A DNA stretch of 55,436 bases from a virus (taxonomy: Duplodnaviria; Heunggongvirae; Uroviricota; Caudoviricetes): the IMG/VR virus record IMGVR_UViG_3300033153_012477, positions 1-55,436 of that record; one strand, 5' to 3'. A program made the translations under genes and the position numbers. A model generated the notes under the pieces. It saw only the letters and a list, made by a program, of their open reading frames with translations. It did no database searches and was not told the DNA's origin. Positions 27,602 to 36,134 of the stretch are shown in pieces; within the stretch, counting starts at the first letter, position 1, and every line of letters begins with the position of its first letter.

Positions 27602-28513
27602 CTACTTTAGCACTCTCTTTTTAGGAACTCCTAGCTCACTAGAACAACTGTTCATTTTGCAAACTACTCCCTTAGTGCTTAATTCTTCAAATTCCTTCTT
27701 GAAGTCTCCCGTGTTTAGATCAAAGTATGGATCTGAATCCCGTCTTCGATAATCCAAGCAAGGATAGACTAAACCATCATATGCTACAAATATGTTGTGT
27801 ATTCCACAATCACACTTAAAGTATTTAAACTGATTCAAACTATTAGCGAATAAATAATTTGAGATAGTTTCTTTACTTCTTATCTCACCGTCCTCTTCAA
27901 AGGTTATTGTGAGATCTTCACCTTTTTGCTCACGCATGTACCAAGCTTCATCGTACTCAGACAAAGACTTTTGGTCAGTGTGTTCTACCTTAGCTATTAT
28001 TGAGGTAACACTTTCTGAACAGAGTTCTTTTATCTTTAGGTAGTCTTTTTTATATGTTGGAAAATTTGTGTCCAGCATATAAACTACCTCAAGCTTAGGT
28101 ACTTTATTAGATAAGTATTTCACCTTGTTGTAGAACGTGTCAAATTTTTCTCTACTAGGATGGAAGGATGTCTCTAACTCAATATCAGGTTTCACCTTTA
28201 TAACTTTATCATAAAAATCTAAACTCTTGCTGAGATTAGTATACATCTCTACTTTAACTTTAAGATTTTTAAGAACAGTTAATATCTCTGGGTGAAGAGA
28301 AGGCTCTCCTCCAAAAAGAGTAAGCTTCACATTTCTCAGAGTACCTACATAATTAATGAACTCCACTACCTTGTCCTGATTGGTAGACACCTCTAAACCA
28401 TAGAGGTCACAGTACTTGCAGGAGTAATTACAAAGGGTATTGATCTCCCAAGTAATGGCGTACCTATTAATTGGGGGCATGTGGTTGTGATCTTTTACTT
28501 CCAATATCTTCAT
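27602..28513 (-). CDS. Radical SAM protein, paralog of 19724-20632
   Basis: CNYSCKYC, GGEPSLHP, VYPCLDY. Confidence 0.88.
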   Translation of the reverse strand: MKILEVKDHNHMPPINRYAITWEINTLCNYSCKYCDLYGLEVSTNQDKVVEFINYVGTLRNVKLTLFGGEPSLHPEILTVLKNLKVKVEMYTNLSKSLDFYDKVIKVKPDIELETSFHPSREKFDTFYNKVKYLSNKVPKLEVVYMLDTNFPTYKKDYLKIKELCSESVTSIIAKVEHTDQKSLSEYDEAWYMREQKGEDLTITFEEDGEIRSKETISNYLFANSLNQFKYFKCDCGIHNIFVAYDGLVYPCLDYRRRDSDPYFDLNTGDFKKEFEELSTKGVVCKMNSCSSELGVPKKRVLK

Positions 28514-28548
28514 AGGTAATAATACAGTGGGAAGAATAGAATATAAAA

Positions 28549-28649
28549 TGGAGCGTGAGATAGGATTTGAACCTATAACCTTCCTAGATCTTCTTTCGCT
28601 TTAACACGAGATTCTTCCTAGACTGCTGACCAGACTCAGCTTCACACGC
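28549..28649 (-). ncRNA. tRNA-like RNA with CCA and a 30-nt expanded anticodon region
   Basis: GCGTGTG/CTCACGC acceptor, D arm, ATAGG-TTCAAAT-CCTAT T arm; no 7-nt anticodon loop. Confidence 0.7.
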
Positions 28650-28654
28650 ATATA

Positions 28655-28793
28655 TGGTGGAGAGGGCAAGGATTTGAACCTGCGACACCCTGGTTTACCA
28701 CGAAGTATGTCTAATCTACGCCACGCTTTTAACAGCGGGTTCAAACGATAAGACTCTTTTCTCCAGGTGCTCTACCAACTGAGCTACCTCTCC
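28655..28793 (-). ncRNA. CCA-ended tRNA-like RNA carrying the Y RNA (Ro-binding) helix in place of the anticodon loop
   Basis: GGAGAGG/CCTCTCC-A-CCA, D and T arms, CCTGG/CCAGG stem enclosing 69 nt with ATCGTTTGAACC then GTGGCGTAGA. Confidence 0.8.
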
Positions 28794-28794
28794 A

Positions 28795-29118
28795 TTAAAT
28801 ATCTTCTATAGTACTTATCAAATCTTCTAAAGATTGTCCACCAACCTTAGTGTTTTCTATTTTACCATCCTTAAAGAAAAGTAAAGTAGGGATTCCTCTG
28901 ATGCCATATTTAGCAGCAGAAGTAGGATTATTATCTACGTCAATTTTCCTAACACTGATCTCAGGTTTTTTCTCAGCAAGTTCCTCAAGAACAGGAGCCA
29001 TCACCTTACAAGGTCCACACCAGTCAGCATAGAAATCTACAACGATAATTCCTTCTTTCTTTAAAACTTCTGATTCAAATTCCTTATCTGAGACGGGTAA
29101 AGCTGACGACATAAACAC
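28795..29118 (-). CDS. trxA: Thioredoxin
   Basis: WCGPC, GIPTL. Confidence 0.93.
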   Translation of the reverse strand: MFMSSALPVSDKEFESEVLKKEGIIVVDFYADWCGPCKVMAPVLEELAEKKPEISVRKIDVDNNPTSAAKYGIRGIPTLLFFKDGKIENTKVGGQSLEDLISTIEDI

Positions 29119-29182
29119 TCCCTTGTCATGTGTTAAAATATAAGGCTTCTCCTAAAATTGCTTCCAAGAGAAGCCCTAAAAT

Positions 29183-29312
29183 GAGGGTTCAAACGATTAG
29201 ACAGTTTTTCGTGCTCTAACCAACTGAGCTACCCATCCCCGAAGGGATATAGTGGGACTCGAACCCACGCCACGTCGTTACAAGCGATGAAAGTCTAAAA
29301 TCTACGCCACTC
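29183..29312 (-). ncRNA. YrlA-type Y RNA 1 (permuted tRNA mimic)
   Basis: 5' GTGGCGTAGA; T arm; UUCG-capped acceptor-like stem; D arm; 3' ATCGTTTGAACC; next to a Ro60 gene. Confidence 0.85.
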
Positions 29313-29346
29313 ACATTCATTTTTTTTTAAAATAAAGATATAGAAA

Positions 29347-29478
29347 GACGGGTTCAAACGAACAGACAAATTTTAGTGCTTTATCCAGTTAAGCTACAAA
29401 ATCCCGAAGGAGATTGAGGGGATTCGAACCCACTATCACTCGTTTAGCATACGAAGTAAGCCTACTCTACGCCACGTC
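29347..29478 (-). ncRNA. YrlA-type Y RNA 2
   Basis: Same architecture; termini extended by AAGATATAGAA/TTCTATATCTT pairing. Confidence 0.85.
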
Positions 29479-29497
29479 CGTTCTATATCTTCATAAA

Positions 29498-30397
29498 TTA
29501 AATTTCAATGTTCTTGATAAAGTCAATAGCATTGCTACCGTTCTCTATCGCTTCCATAACCTCGAAGACCTTTTCAGACCAACCTGAGATTAGGTGAACA
29601 TTTTTCTCAGCAATAACATCCAGAGGAGCTGTTCCATAACCACTTAAATCGAATAAATACAATTTAGAGTTAGGGAATCTATTTCTGTACTTCTGCCACT
29701 CAGAGTTCATAGTTGCGTTTCCACCTCTAGAATTCCAAAGTTGACAATCAGTAAAGATCATTACTTTATCTACTTCGATGTTCCTTTTATTCAACCACTC
29801 TAGTACTTTGTACCCGTTAGTAGAATAACCAACCTCTCCCTCTCTCTTATAAAGATTAAGGGTATTAGCTAGAACATCTCCAGAGCTAAAGTCTGTAACT
29901 TTCCAAGTATCTCCAAAAAAACCTGTAACAACATTCTTACATTTTGTTTGAAGAAGTTGCCCAAGAAGTAACCCAATATCATATAACTGAACTTGGGACT
30001 TTGGAGAAATAGGTTGTTGCATAGATCCTGACACGTCACTTGCTATCAGCACTCTAGTATCCTCACCAAAACCTTTAAGATTTTCCACAGAAGCTTTCAC
30101 TGCTTTTTCAATAGCTTTGTTAAGCTGTTTAGTAGCAAAAGGATCTAGGTTAGTTGTCACTGTTTCTGTGTAAGAACTTCCCCAAAACCCTCTCCTGTGT
30201 GAAGGTTCATTACCTTCTAAGTTTCTGTAAGCAGACCAAAACCTAAAAGGCAATTGCTTAGATCTTTGAACTGCTTTAGGATCAGAAAGTTTTTCACAAA
30301 CAAGATTAACTAAATCTTTTGAAGCACCATACTTAAGAATATTTCTCAAGTTACGCAACAACGCCGAAAGCTTTGTTCTTAGCTTCTTCCGAAGCAT
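29498..30397 (-). pseudogene. rsr: Ro60/Rsr (TROVE) C-terminal fragment with vWA domain
   Basis: ALLRNLRNI, LPFRFWSAY, MIDAS DVSGSM, IFTDCQ; out of frame with the N-terminal part. Confidence 0.85.
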
Positions 30398-31064
30398 AAG
30401 TTTGCTGCCCTAATTTTGAGAATTCAACTTCCCAAGTATAAGGTTCAGCCAAATCATCCTCAACAAGTTTCTTGAAAAGATCTTTCTGCTTATCATCCAT
30501 TGGTTTTGGATGAGTCAAGAAGAGTGCATCCCTAAGCTTGATTGCTCCGTCTCTGTTGTACTTTGCTAACTGATACTCATCAAACTTATGAAAAGACTCC
30601 GCTACTGCTTTTTTAAGAGCATTAGGAAGTTTTCCTAGTTTTTTTGTTTCAGTTCTCTCATTTGCATGAGCAAAGTATGACAAGATTTCAGTGATCTCAT
30701 CAGCTCTTTGAATAACTCTAGTTGTAGATTTCTTCAAAGTTTTAGGATTACGTTGTCCTTTTTGATTCCCCTCATTGAAGTTCTTCAAAAGCTCCACCAT
30801 TAATACTAAAGGCACTGATCTTAGATACATCTTCTCTCTTGCATACACCGCCAGTTTACAAACTAGTTCAGGATCAACCTTAGAGATTGTATCTCGTAAA
30901 CGAGATAACTGGTCGTCTGCCTTAGGTGAATAAAACTTAGGTTGCAAAGACGCAGTACAAACCTGAGAATACAAATCCATTTCGGGGGTCATGGTGTAAG
31001 CCACAGCTCCTTCGTGGTTTGAAGTTTTTCTAGGGTTAGTACGTTGTTGATTGAAACGTGACAT
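30351..31064 (-). pseudogene. rsr: Ro60/Rsr (TROVE) N-terminal fragment
   Basis: NHEGAVAY, AVYAREKMYLRS, FDEYQLAKY, LRDALFLTHPKP, TWEVE; start after GGAGG. Confidence 0.88.
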
Positions 31065-31081
31065 TTCATCCTCCATAATAA

Positions 31082-31148
31082 AAAATAGGGTTCAAATGAT
31101 AAGAGGTTTATTTCCCCAAGAAGTATCTCTTATCTACGCCACTATTTT
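31082..31148 (-). ncRNA. Minimal Y-like hairpin in the rsr 5' leader
   Basis: AAAATAG-TGGCGTA-GATAAGAG-ATACTTC...CTCTTATC-ATTTGAACC-CTATTTT. Confidence 0.75.
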
Positions 31149-31151
31149 GTT

Positions 31152-31190
31152 GACCTGTACAAATTTATACAGGTCTAATAACACTGTCAA
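31152..31190 (-). promoter_or_regulatory. rsr promoter with an operator-like inverted repeat over the -10 box
   Basis: TTGACA-17-TAAATT; GACCTGTA-N8-TACAGGTC. Confidence 0.7.
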
Positions 31191-31299
31191 CACTTTTTTA
31201 ATTTTTTTTAACAATTAAAAAAAATTAGACAACATCTACTGCATAAAGTTACAATCAAAAAGGATCATATTAGAAGATTATTAGGAAAGCTTATATTTT

Positions 31300-32025
31300 A
31301 TGGAAGGATACGACATATCTAAATTAGATCTCTTTGAGATTAAAAACTTAAAGAGAATGGAGCTTTGCCGCATACACTCGGTACTCTTGTTCTTATATAA
31401 CAAACTACACCAAGAGCCTAGAATAGCTTTTAAATACACTGAGCTTGAAGATATGATGAACTATAATCTAGCACACCTAACACTGCTTAAGATTGAAAAG
31501 TTGGGTCTAATTGACATAGTTCAGGAGCCTAACAACAAGAGACCTGTCATTGTCGGATTGAAGAGTAATGCTGAAATACAAGATCTCCTTAATGGGGATA
31601 AAAGAGTAGAGTTTGAAAGATATAATGAAAAGAACAAGCTCTCAGTTATAGATTTTAAGGAAGCTATAGGTTGCAAGCACCTATATGTCCACTTCGATAC
31701 AAAACAGATAGACTCGTGGATGAGAAATATCAATAAAGGGGCATGGAATAGGTACAAATTCTTAGCTACAGCTAAGATAATAACTTTCTTTAATAGCAGT
31801 CCTGATATAAAAACTGGAACACTTAATAAGAGAAATGCTCAAAATAACAAAAAAAATATAAAAACAATTGTATCTGAAATATATGAAAAAGTTCCAAGGA
31901 GCCGACAAGAGATCCTTAAAAAACAGTTTAGAAACACTGTAGAGCACCACGCTATCCAAACTGATGGGACTTTCCCAAACATGGTTGCTGGTTATTTACA
32001 TAAATTGGGTTATAGGGATTTTTAA
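31300..32025 (+). CDS. Hypothetical protein, possible winged-helix DNA-binding domain
   Basis: Divergent from rsr; L..IEKLGLI.I..E pattern resembles a wHTH wing. Confidence 0.6.
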   Translation: MEGYDISKLDLFEIKNLKRMELCRIHSVLLFLYNKLHQEPRIAFKYTELEDMMNYNLAHLTLLKIEKLGLIDIVQEPNNKRPVIVGLKSNAEIQDLLNGDKRVEFERYNEKNKLSVIDFKEAIGCKHLYVHFDTKQIDSWMRNINKGAWNRYKFLATAKIITFFNSSPDIKTGTLNKRNAQNNKKNIKTIVSEIYEKVPRSRQEILKKQFRNTVEHHAIQTDGTFPNMVAGYLHKLGYRDF

Positions 32026-32059
32026 TAAAAAAAGAGCACGTCCTTGTGCTCCTCTTTTA
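32025..32059. terminator. Bidirectional terminator
   Basis: A-run, GAGCAC-N6-GTGCTC, T-run between convergent genes. Confidence 0.6.
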
Positions 32060-32084
32060 AATAAATGTAGTTAAAATTACTTTA

Positions 32085-32309
32085 TTACTTATCTTTAATG
32101 TTGAAAGGACTAAATCTAGCCAATGCGTGTAACAGATCTCCAACAACAGGGATAGCAAAAGCTTTTTTCATAAAACCTTTGTCTTTCTCATCAGGTATTA
32201 CAGAATCTACAAATGTCCCAATGACAACTACGCCTCCAAGACCCATAAACGCATTACTTACCCAAGGTGCTAAAGTAATAAAAAAATCCAATACTGGTGC
32301 CCAATCCAT
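32085..32309 (-). CDS. Small membrane protein (holin-like)
   Basis: GGAGGA RBS before MDWAPV; hydrophobic segments, basic C-terminus. Confidence 0.55.
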   Translation of the reverse strand: MDWAPVLDFFITLAPWVSNAFMGLGGVVVIGTFVDSVIPDEKDKGFMKKAFAIPVVGDLLHALARFSPFNIKDK

Positions 32310-32459
32310 AAAATCCTCCTTATAAGGGGTTTGAGTTTTCCTAAGTTCGAAAAACAACTCCGTCATGACGATAAACGTAAAAATTAGTAAATTAACAGAA
32401 GTCAATGATAATAAGTGTTTGGAGGTTTTATGGGAGCTGTGTAAGCCCCCAATAAACCA

Positions 32460-32696
32460 TTAAACTTCGACGAGTTCTTCAGCAATAAGTTGAGCTTTCT
32501 CTTCTAAACTTAGCTCTCTTGATAGGATATCCTCTACCTTATCTCTAATCATCTCAATTCTAAGATGCATACCCATATCTGTAACTAGAGCAAGTTCTTG
32601 AGCAGCTCCACCATTGTTAAGTACCTCAAGTGTTTTCTTACGGTACATCTTAATACGTTGTACCAATTCCCATTCCTGGTTTGACATTTCGCTCAT
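32460..32696 (-). CDS. Hypothetical protein, paralog of the C-terminus of 32752-33162
   Basis: Shared MGM.LR and LEEKAQ.IA motifs. Confidence 0.75.
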   Translation of the reverse strand: MSEMSNQEWELVQRIKMYRKKTLEVLNNGGAAQELALVTDMGMHLRIEMIRDKVEDILSRELSLEEKAQLIAEELVEV

Positions 32697-32751
32697 AAAC
32701 TATCCTCCATTTAAGAGTAGATAATGCCCTTAAAAATTAGTAAATTACTTT

Positions 32752-33162
32752 CTATATCTCTAAGAGATCTTTAGCAATCCACTGAGCTTTTTCTTCTAGC
32801 ACTAGATTTTTTAACAGTATTTGAACTACAGAATCTTTTCTGTTAGTAACTCTCAGCCCCATACCCATAGAGGTGATTGCTATGAGATCATTAATCCCAC
32901 CCCCGAGAGTAAGAACATCTATGGTATTCTGTTTGTATGTCTTATATCTCTCCTGTTTTTCCCATTCTAGATTAGATAGATAATCCTCTTCATTGAGAGA
33001 CTCATCTTTATTATCTACTGCCTCCTTCAAAAGATTAGCGATAGTTTTCATTCTTTCTTCGAATCTATTACGCTCCTCTACCTTCCACTTAATTATAGAA
33101 CCCACAATGGTATAAACCAATTTAAGAGATATAACTATCAACTCAAGTATTGTACTAGCCAT
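32752..33162 (-). CDS. Hypothetical protein with N-terminal TM helix
   Basis: Hydrophobic N-terminus; paralogous C-domain. Confidence 0.75.
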   Translation of the reverse strand: MASTILELIVISLKLVYTIVGSIIKWKVEERNRFEERMKTIANLLKEAVDNKDESLNEEDYLSNLEWEKQERYKTYKQNTIDVLTLGGGINDLIAITSMGMGLRVTNRKDSVVQILLKNLVLEEKAQWIAKDLLEI

Positions 33163-33168
33163 TATTTA

Positions 33169-34209
33169 TTACTCCTTCCAAATAACAGTGCCGTTCTTAA
33201 TAGCATAGACACTCTTTCTGGCATTAGTGGTGATAGCTCGTACCCAATAAATTTTATCTGACTTATATTTATAAGAACATTTTTTCTTAGTCTTAACTTT
33301 ATAATTGATGGAACAAGCTACAATATGGTCACCGCCCCAGACATAGATCTTTTTTCTTCCCCAACTCTTTTTTATTTTCCACTCTAGAGCTTCTAGCTTA
33401 ACAACCTCTGCTCCAAAAATGTTAACAGAGAACCTAGCTAAATAAGTCTCCAATACCTCATTTGGAATAATGATTATTTCAAAATCACAGGTATCCTCTC
33501 GGGCAAGATAGTCTCGGGCATATAAACTTTTTAAACTCACATCAAATGAGGATTGCTTAAAAGTGTCTGTTAAAGTATTACCACAACCCGCAATTCTATA
33601 GTGACCTCCTTGGGTTAAATTGGTTTTTACTTTAAATTTTTCAAAGCTAGTGAGGTCGCCTTCCTGTCTTTGAATAGAACCTTGACCTGCGTATGTGTAA
33701 GTACGGTACAAACTTCTAACAGAAGAGTTAGTACGAGAGTACTCTATAGATAATGGTTCTGATTTTTCAGGGATAACATTTAGTTTAATAATCCCCGATT
33801 CTACAATATTGTGCTCTCTATTTTTTATCTTGTCTGTTTCAGCAATAATCTTAATAGAACACTTGGTAGGATACTGAATAAAATCTTCAAGTTTAAAAGT
33901 AGATATGCCATCAAATCGTGTGGAGAAGTTAATACCACAAGCATCACTCTTCATGTGAAGAGTTCCTTTGTATAAGCCATAAATCTTAAAGAACACTCCA
34001 GCAAGCTCTTGATTTTCTTTAAGATAAATATTACCTATACCTATTTCTTTTTTAATTACACTGCCTTTACCAATATCGAACTCCATTCGATGGTAACCAT
34101 GTAGGGAAGGGTTGGGGTAAGGGTCTTTGGGTAAATGGCTCCCACAAGAGGACAAAGCTAAGAAGATAGCTATCATTACTAAAGCACGAAACCCTTTAGG
34201 GTACTTCAT
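33169..34209 (-). CDS. Lipoprotein, beta-rich
   Basis: Lipobox LALSSC. Confidence 0.75.
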   Translation of the reverse strand: MKYPKGFRALVMIAIFLALSSCGSHLPKDPYPNPSLHGYHRMEFDIGKGSVIKKEIGIGNIYLKENQELAGVFFKIYGLYKGTLHMKSDACGINFSTRFDGISTFKLEDFIQYPTKCSIKIIAETDKIKNREHNIVESGIIKLNVIPEKSEPLSIEYSRTNSSVRSLYRTYTYAGQGSIQRQEGDLTSFEKFKVKTNLTQGGHYRIAGCGNTLTDTFKQSSFDVSLKSLYARDYLAREDTCDFEIIIIPNEVLETYLARFSVNIFGAEVVKLEALEWKIKKSWGRKKIYVWGGDHIVACSINYKVKTKKKCSYKYKSDKIYWVRAITTNARKSVYAIKNGTVIWKE

Positions 34210-34256
34210 ACAGTCTCCTGGTTTAAGGTTTATGTTTTAACGTATAAATGAATAAA

Positions 34257-34823
34257 TTATTCTGGCTTTTTTTCTACCTTAAAACCAAAATGCTCAAGTG
34301 TCATACTCCAAGGCTTACCCATTTCCAGGTATTGCTCTTGAGTTAGATCTGGGCTAACTTCTCTAAGATAAATACCGATTTCATAGGGATTTTGATTCAG
34401 ATCTTTAATTGGATTAATCTCCAGTTTCTCATATCCTGGAAGATCGGGATCCTCTTTCACAGCTTCTAAATACTCAGATAAAGATAAATCCTGCTCTAAC
34501 AGAACTTTAACCTTCTCTTGCTTTTTAGTTTCCTTCTGAGCATAAAGAGACTCTGTCTCATTGACATCAGTCCAACCCAGTATGTTTTTTCTATCTAATG
34601 TTTCAACCAGCATCCAAACATGGTTGTCTACAAGCTTAGAATAGTTCAATACCTTCTGCATATCTTGAACAAGAAGTTTCATTTCTTTTCTTGTTATAAA
34701 ATCTGCATCAGCAGGGTCTTGTTTAGTCTGAGGTGTTATGGGTGTTTTAGAAAGCTTACCTTGCTGTTTTTTCAAATCTCTCTCCATCTTACGTCGCTGT
34801 TGTCTCGATGCACTTTGTGACAT
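34257..34823 (-). CDS. Hypothetical protein
   Basis: GGAG RBS before MSQSASRQQRR. Confidence 0.72.
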   Translation of the reverse strand: MSQSASRQQRRKMERDLKKQQGKLSKTPITPQTKQDPADADFITRKEMKLLVQDMQKVLNYSKLVDNHVWMLVETLDRKNILGWTDVNETESLYAQKETKKQEKVKVLLEQDLSLSEYLEAVKEDPDLPGYEKLEINPIKDLNQNPYEIGIYLREVSPDLTQEQYLEMGKPWSMTLEHFGFKVEKKPE

Positions 34824-34836
34824 ATTACTCTCCAAG

Positions 34837-35319
34837 TTACTTCGTTGTAATCTCCCGTCCATTGTAATCATAGATCACACCCTCATCTTTTAAATCATCT
34901 AAGATTAAAAGCATTGAGGCTTTATCTAATTTTACTGCTTTGGAAAGCTCTTCTAAACTAATTTCTTCATTGGATCCATAATTCTGCAGTTCTTTCATAA
35001 CTCTTGCAGATCTTGAATCTAATTCTTTTTTTATTTTAGATATAGTCGATTGTATTTTGGATTTGAATAAATCATCGGTATGAAGAAATTTTAAATCTTT
35101 TTCATTATTAAGAGATGTGTCAGCATATAGAGGTTGAGCCACAAACTCTTTAACAGCATTAAAAAGAATATTAATATATTCTTTATTGAGATCTTTTGGA
35201 AGAATATACATCTTCTTCAATACCTCAGTAACCCCTGATAGATCAAATATCTTCTCATAGGTAAAGGCATCTTCTGCCACTTTAAGAAAATCATCTAAAT
35301 GTTTCAACAAATAGTTCAT
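34837..35319 (-). CDS. Hypothetical protein with C-terminal winged-helix-like segment
   Basis: SLEELSKAVKLDK...LDDLKDEGVI. Confidence 0.6.
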   Translation of the reverse strand: MNYLLKHLDDFLKVAEDAFTYEKIFDLSGVTEVLKKMYILPKDLNKEYINILFNAVKEFVAQPLYADTSLNNEKDLKFLHTDDLFKSKIQSTISKIKKELDSRSARVMKELQNYGSNEEISLEELSKAVKLDKASMLLILDDLKDEGVIYDYNGREITTK

Positions 35320-35774
35320 GATAACTTCTCTTTCCTCGCTAAAACAGATACTCTCTTAGCTCGGTGTGCTAGTTCAATTCCCTTAAATATATAAGCTACT
35401 GCATACAAAGTGTTGGCGATAGCTGCTCCATTCTTCTGTATGATATCTTTAGTTGCGTTCAAGGATTTTAGCTGGTGCTCATCAAAACCATCTTCATCAA
35501 TCATAAATATTGTTTTATCAGGTTTTTTGTTAGAAGCATCCACTGCCTCAGCAATAGAGAAAACACCCTTCATATCTTTAGTAATGACATACACTTCAAC
35601 CGTGGTAGAAGAGTTTTTAATTTGAAACTCTTTCTCCCTAGCTGTATCATCCCAGTCATCGACTACGGGATTAAAATATTGCAAAGCTTCATGCTCTAAC
35701 AAAGGTATGAGATCGTCTCTCCACTTGGAGCTGCCTACCGTTCCCCCTAAAAAAAGAGTCAAACACGATGACAT
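35316..35774 (-). CDS. Nucleoside 2-deoxyribosyltransferase-like protein
   Basis: FLGGT...WR, YFNPVVDDW, SIAE. Confidence 0.75.
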   Translation of the reverse strand: MSSCLTLFLGGTVGSSKWRDDLIPLLEHEALQYFNPVVDDWDDTAREKEFQIKNSSTTVEVYVITKDMKGVFSIAEAVDASNKKPDKTIFMIDEDGFDEHQLKSLNATKDIIQKNGAAIANTLYAVAYIFKGIELAHRAKRVSVLARKEKLS

Positions 35775-35777
35775 AGA

Positions 35778-36065
35778 CTATTTATCTCCTTCATCCAGAT
35801 CTACAAATACCATTTTTTTCTTTTTGCCTGCTAATTTAGACATCACTACTCTAAGAGCTTTTATAGTGGATCCGCCTTTACCAACAAGTAAGGAAAACTC
35901 TTCTGGTTTTACTTTTATGGTGAAATGGAGTGTTTCTTTTCCGTGCATGACTTGATGACCGTTTTTCTCATTAACTATCACAGCTTCTTCAGTCTGAACG
36001 ATACCTTTTACTAATTCTTCTAAAATTTCTTTCAAAGTCATAATTCTGTCTCCCAAGACTATCAA
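35778..36065 (-). CDS. KH-domain RNA-binding protein (KhpA-like)
   Basis: LVGKGGSTIKALR (GxxG). Confidence 0.85.
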   Translation of the reverse strand: MIVLGDRIMTLKEILEELVKGIVQTEEAVIVNEKNGHQVMHGKETLHFTIKVKPEEFSLLVGKGGSTIKALRVVMSKLAGKKKKMVFVDLDEGDK

Positions 36066-36134
36066 TTCGTTATGTTACGTATTCTCATTTTTACACAAAA
36101 ATAGTAAAATTAATTGATTATTGTCTCAGGCATT

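Noticed and set aside
28694-28762. Group I or BHB intron in the tRNA-like element
   Set aside because: Too short for group I, no canonical U33 loop is restored on removal, and the insert matches the Y RNA motifs.
30385-30400. Programmed ribosomal frameshift restoring Ro60
   Set aside because: No slippery heptamer or stimulatory structure, and conserved residues are missing, so a shift would not give a full-length protein.
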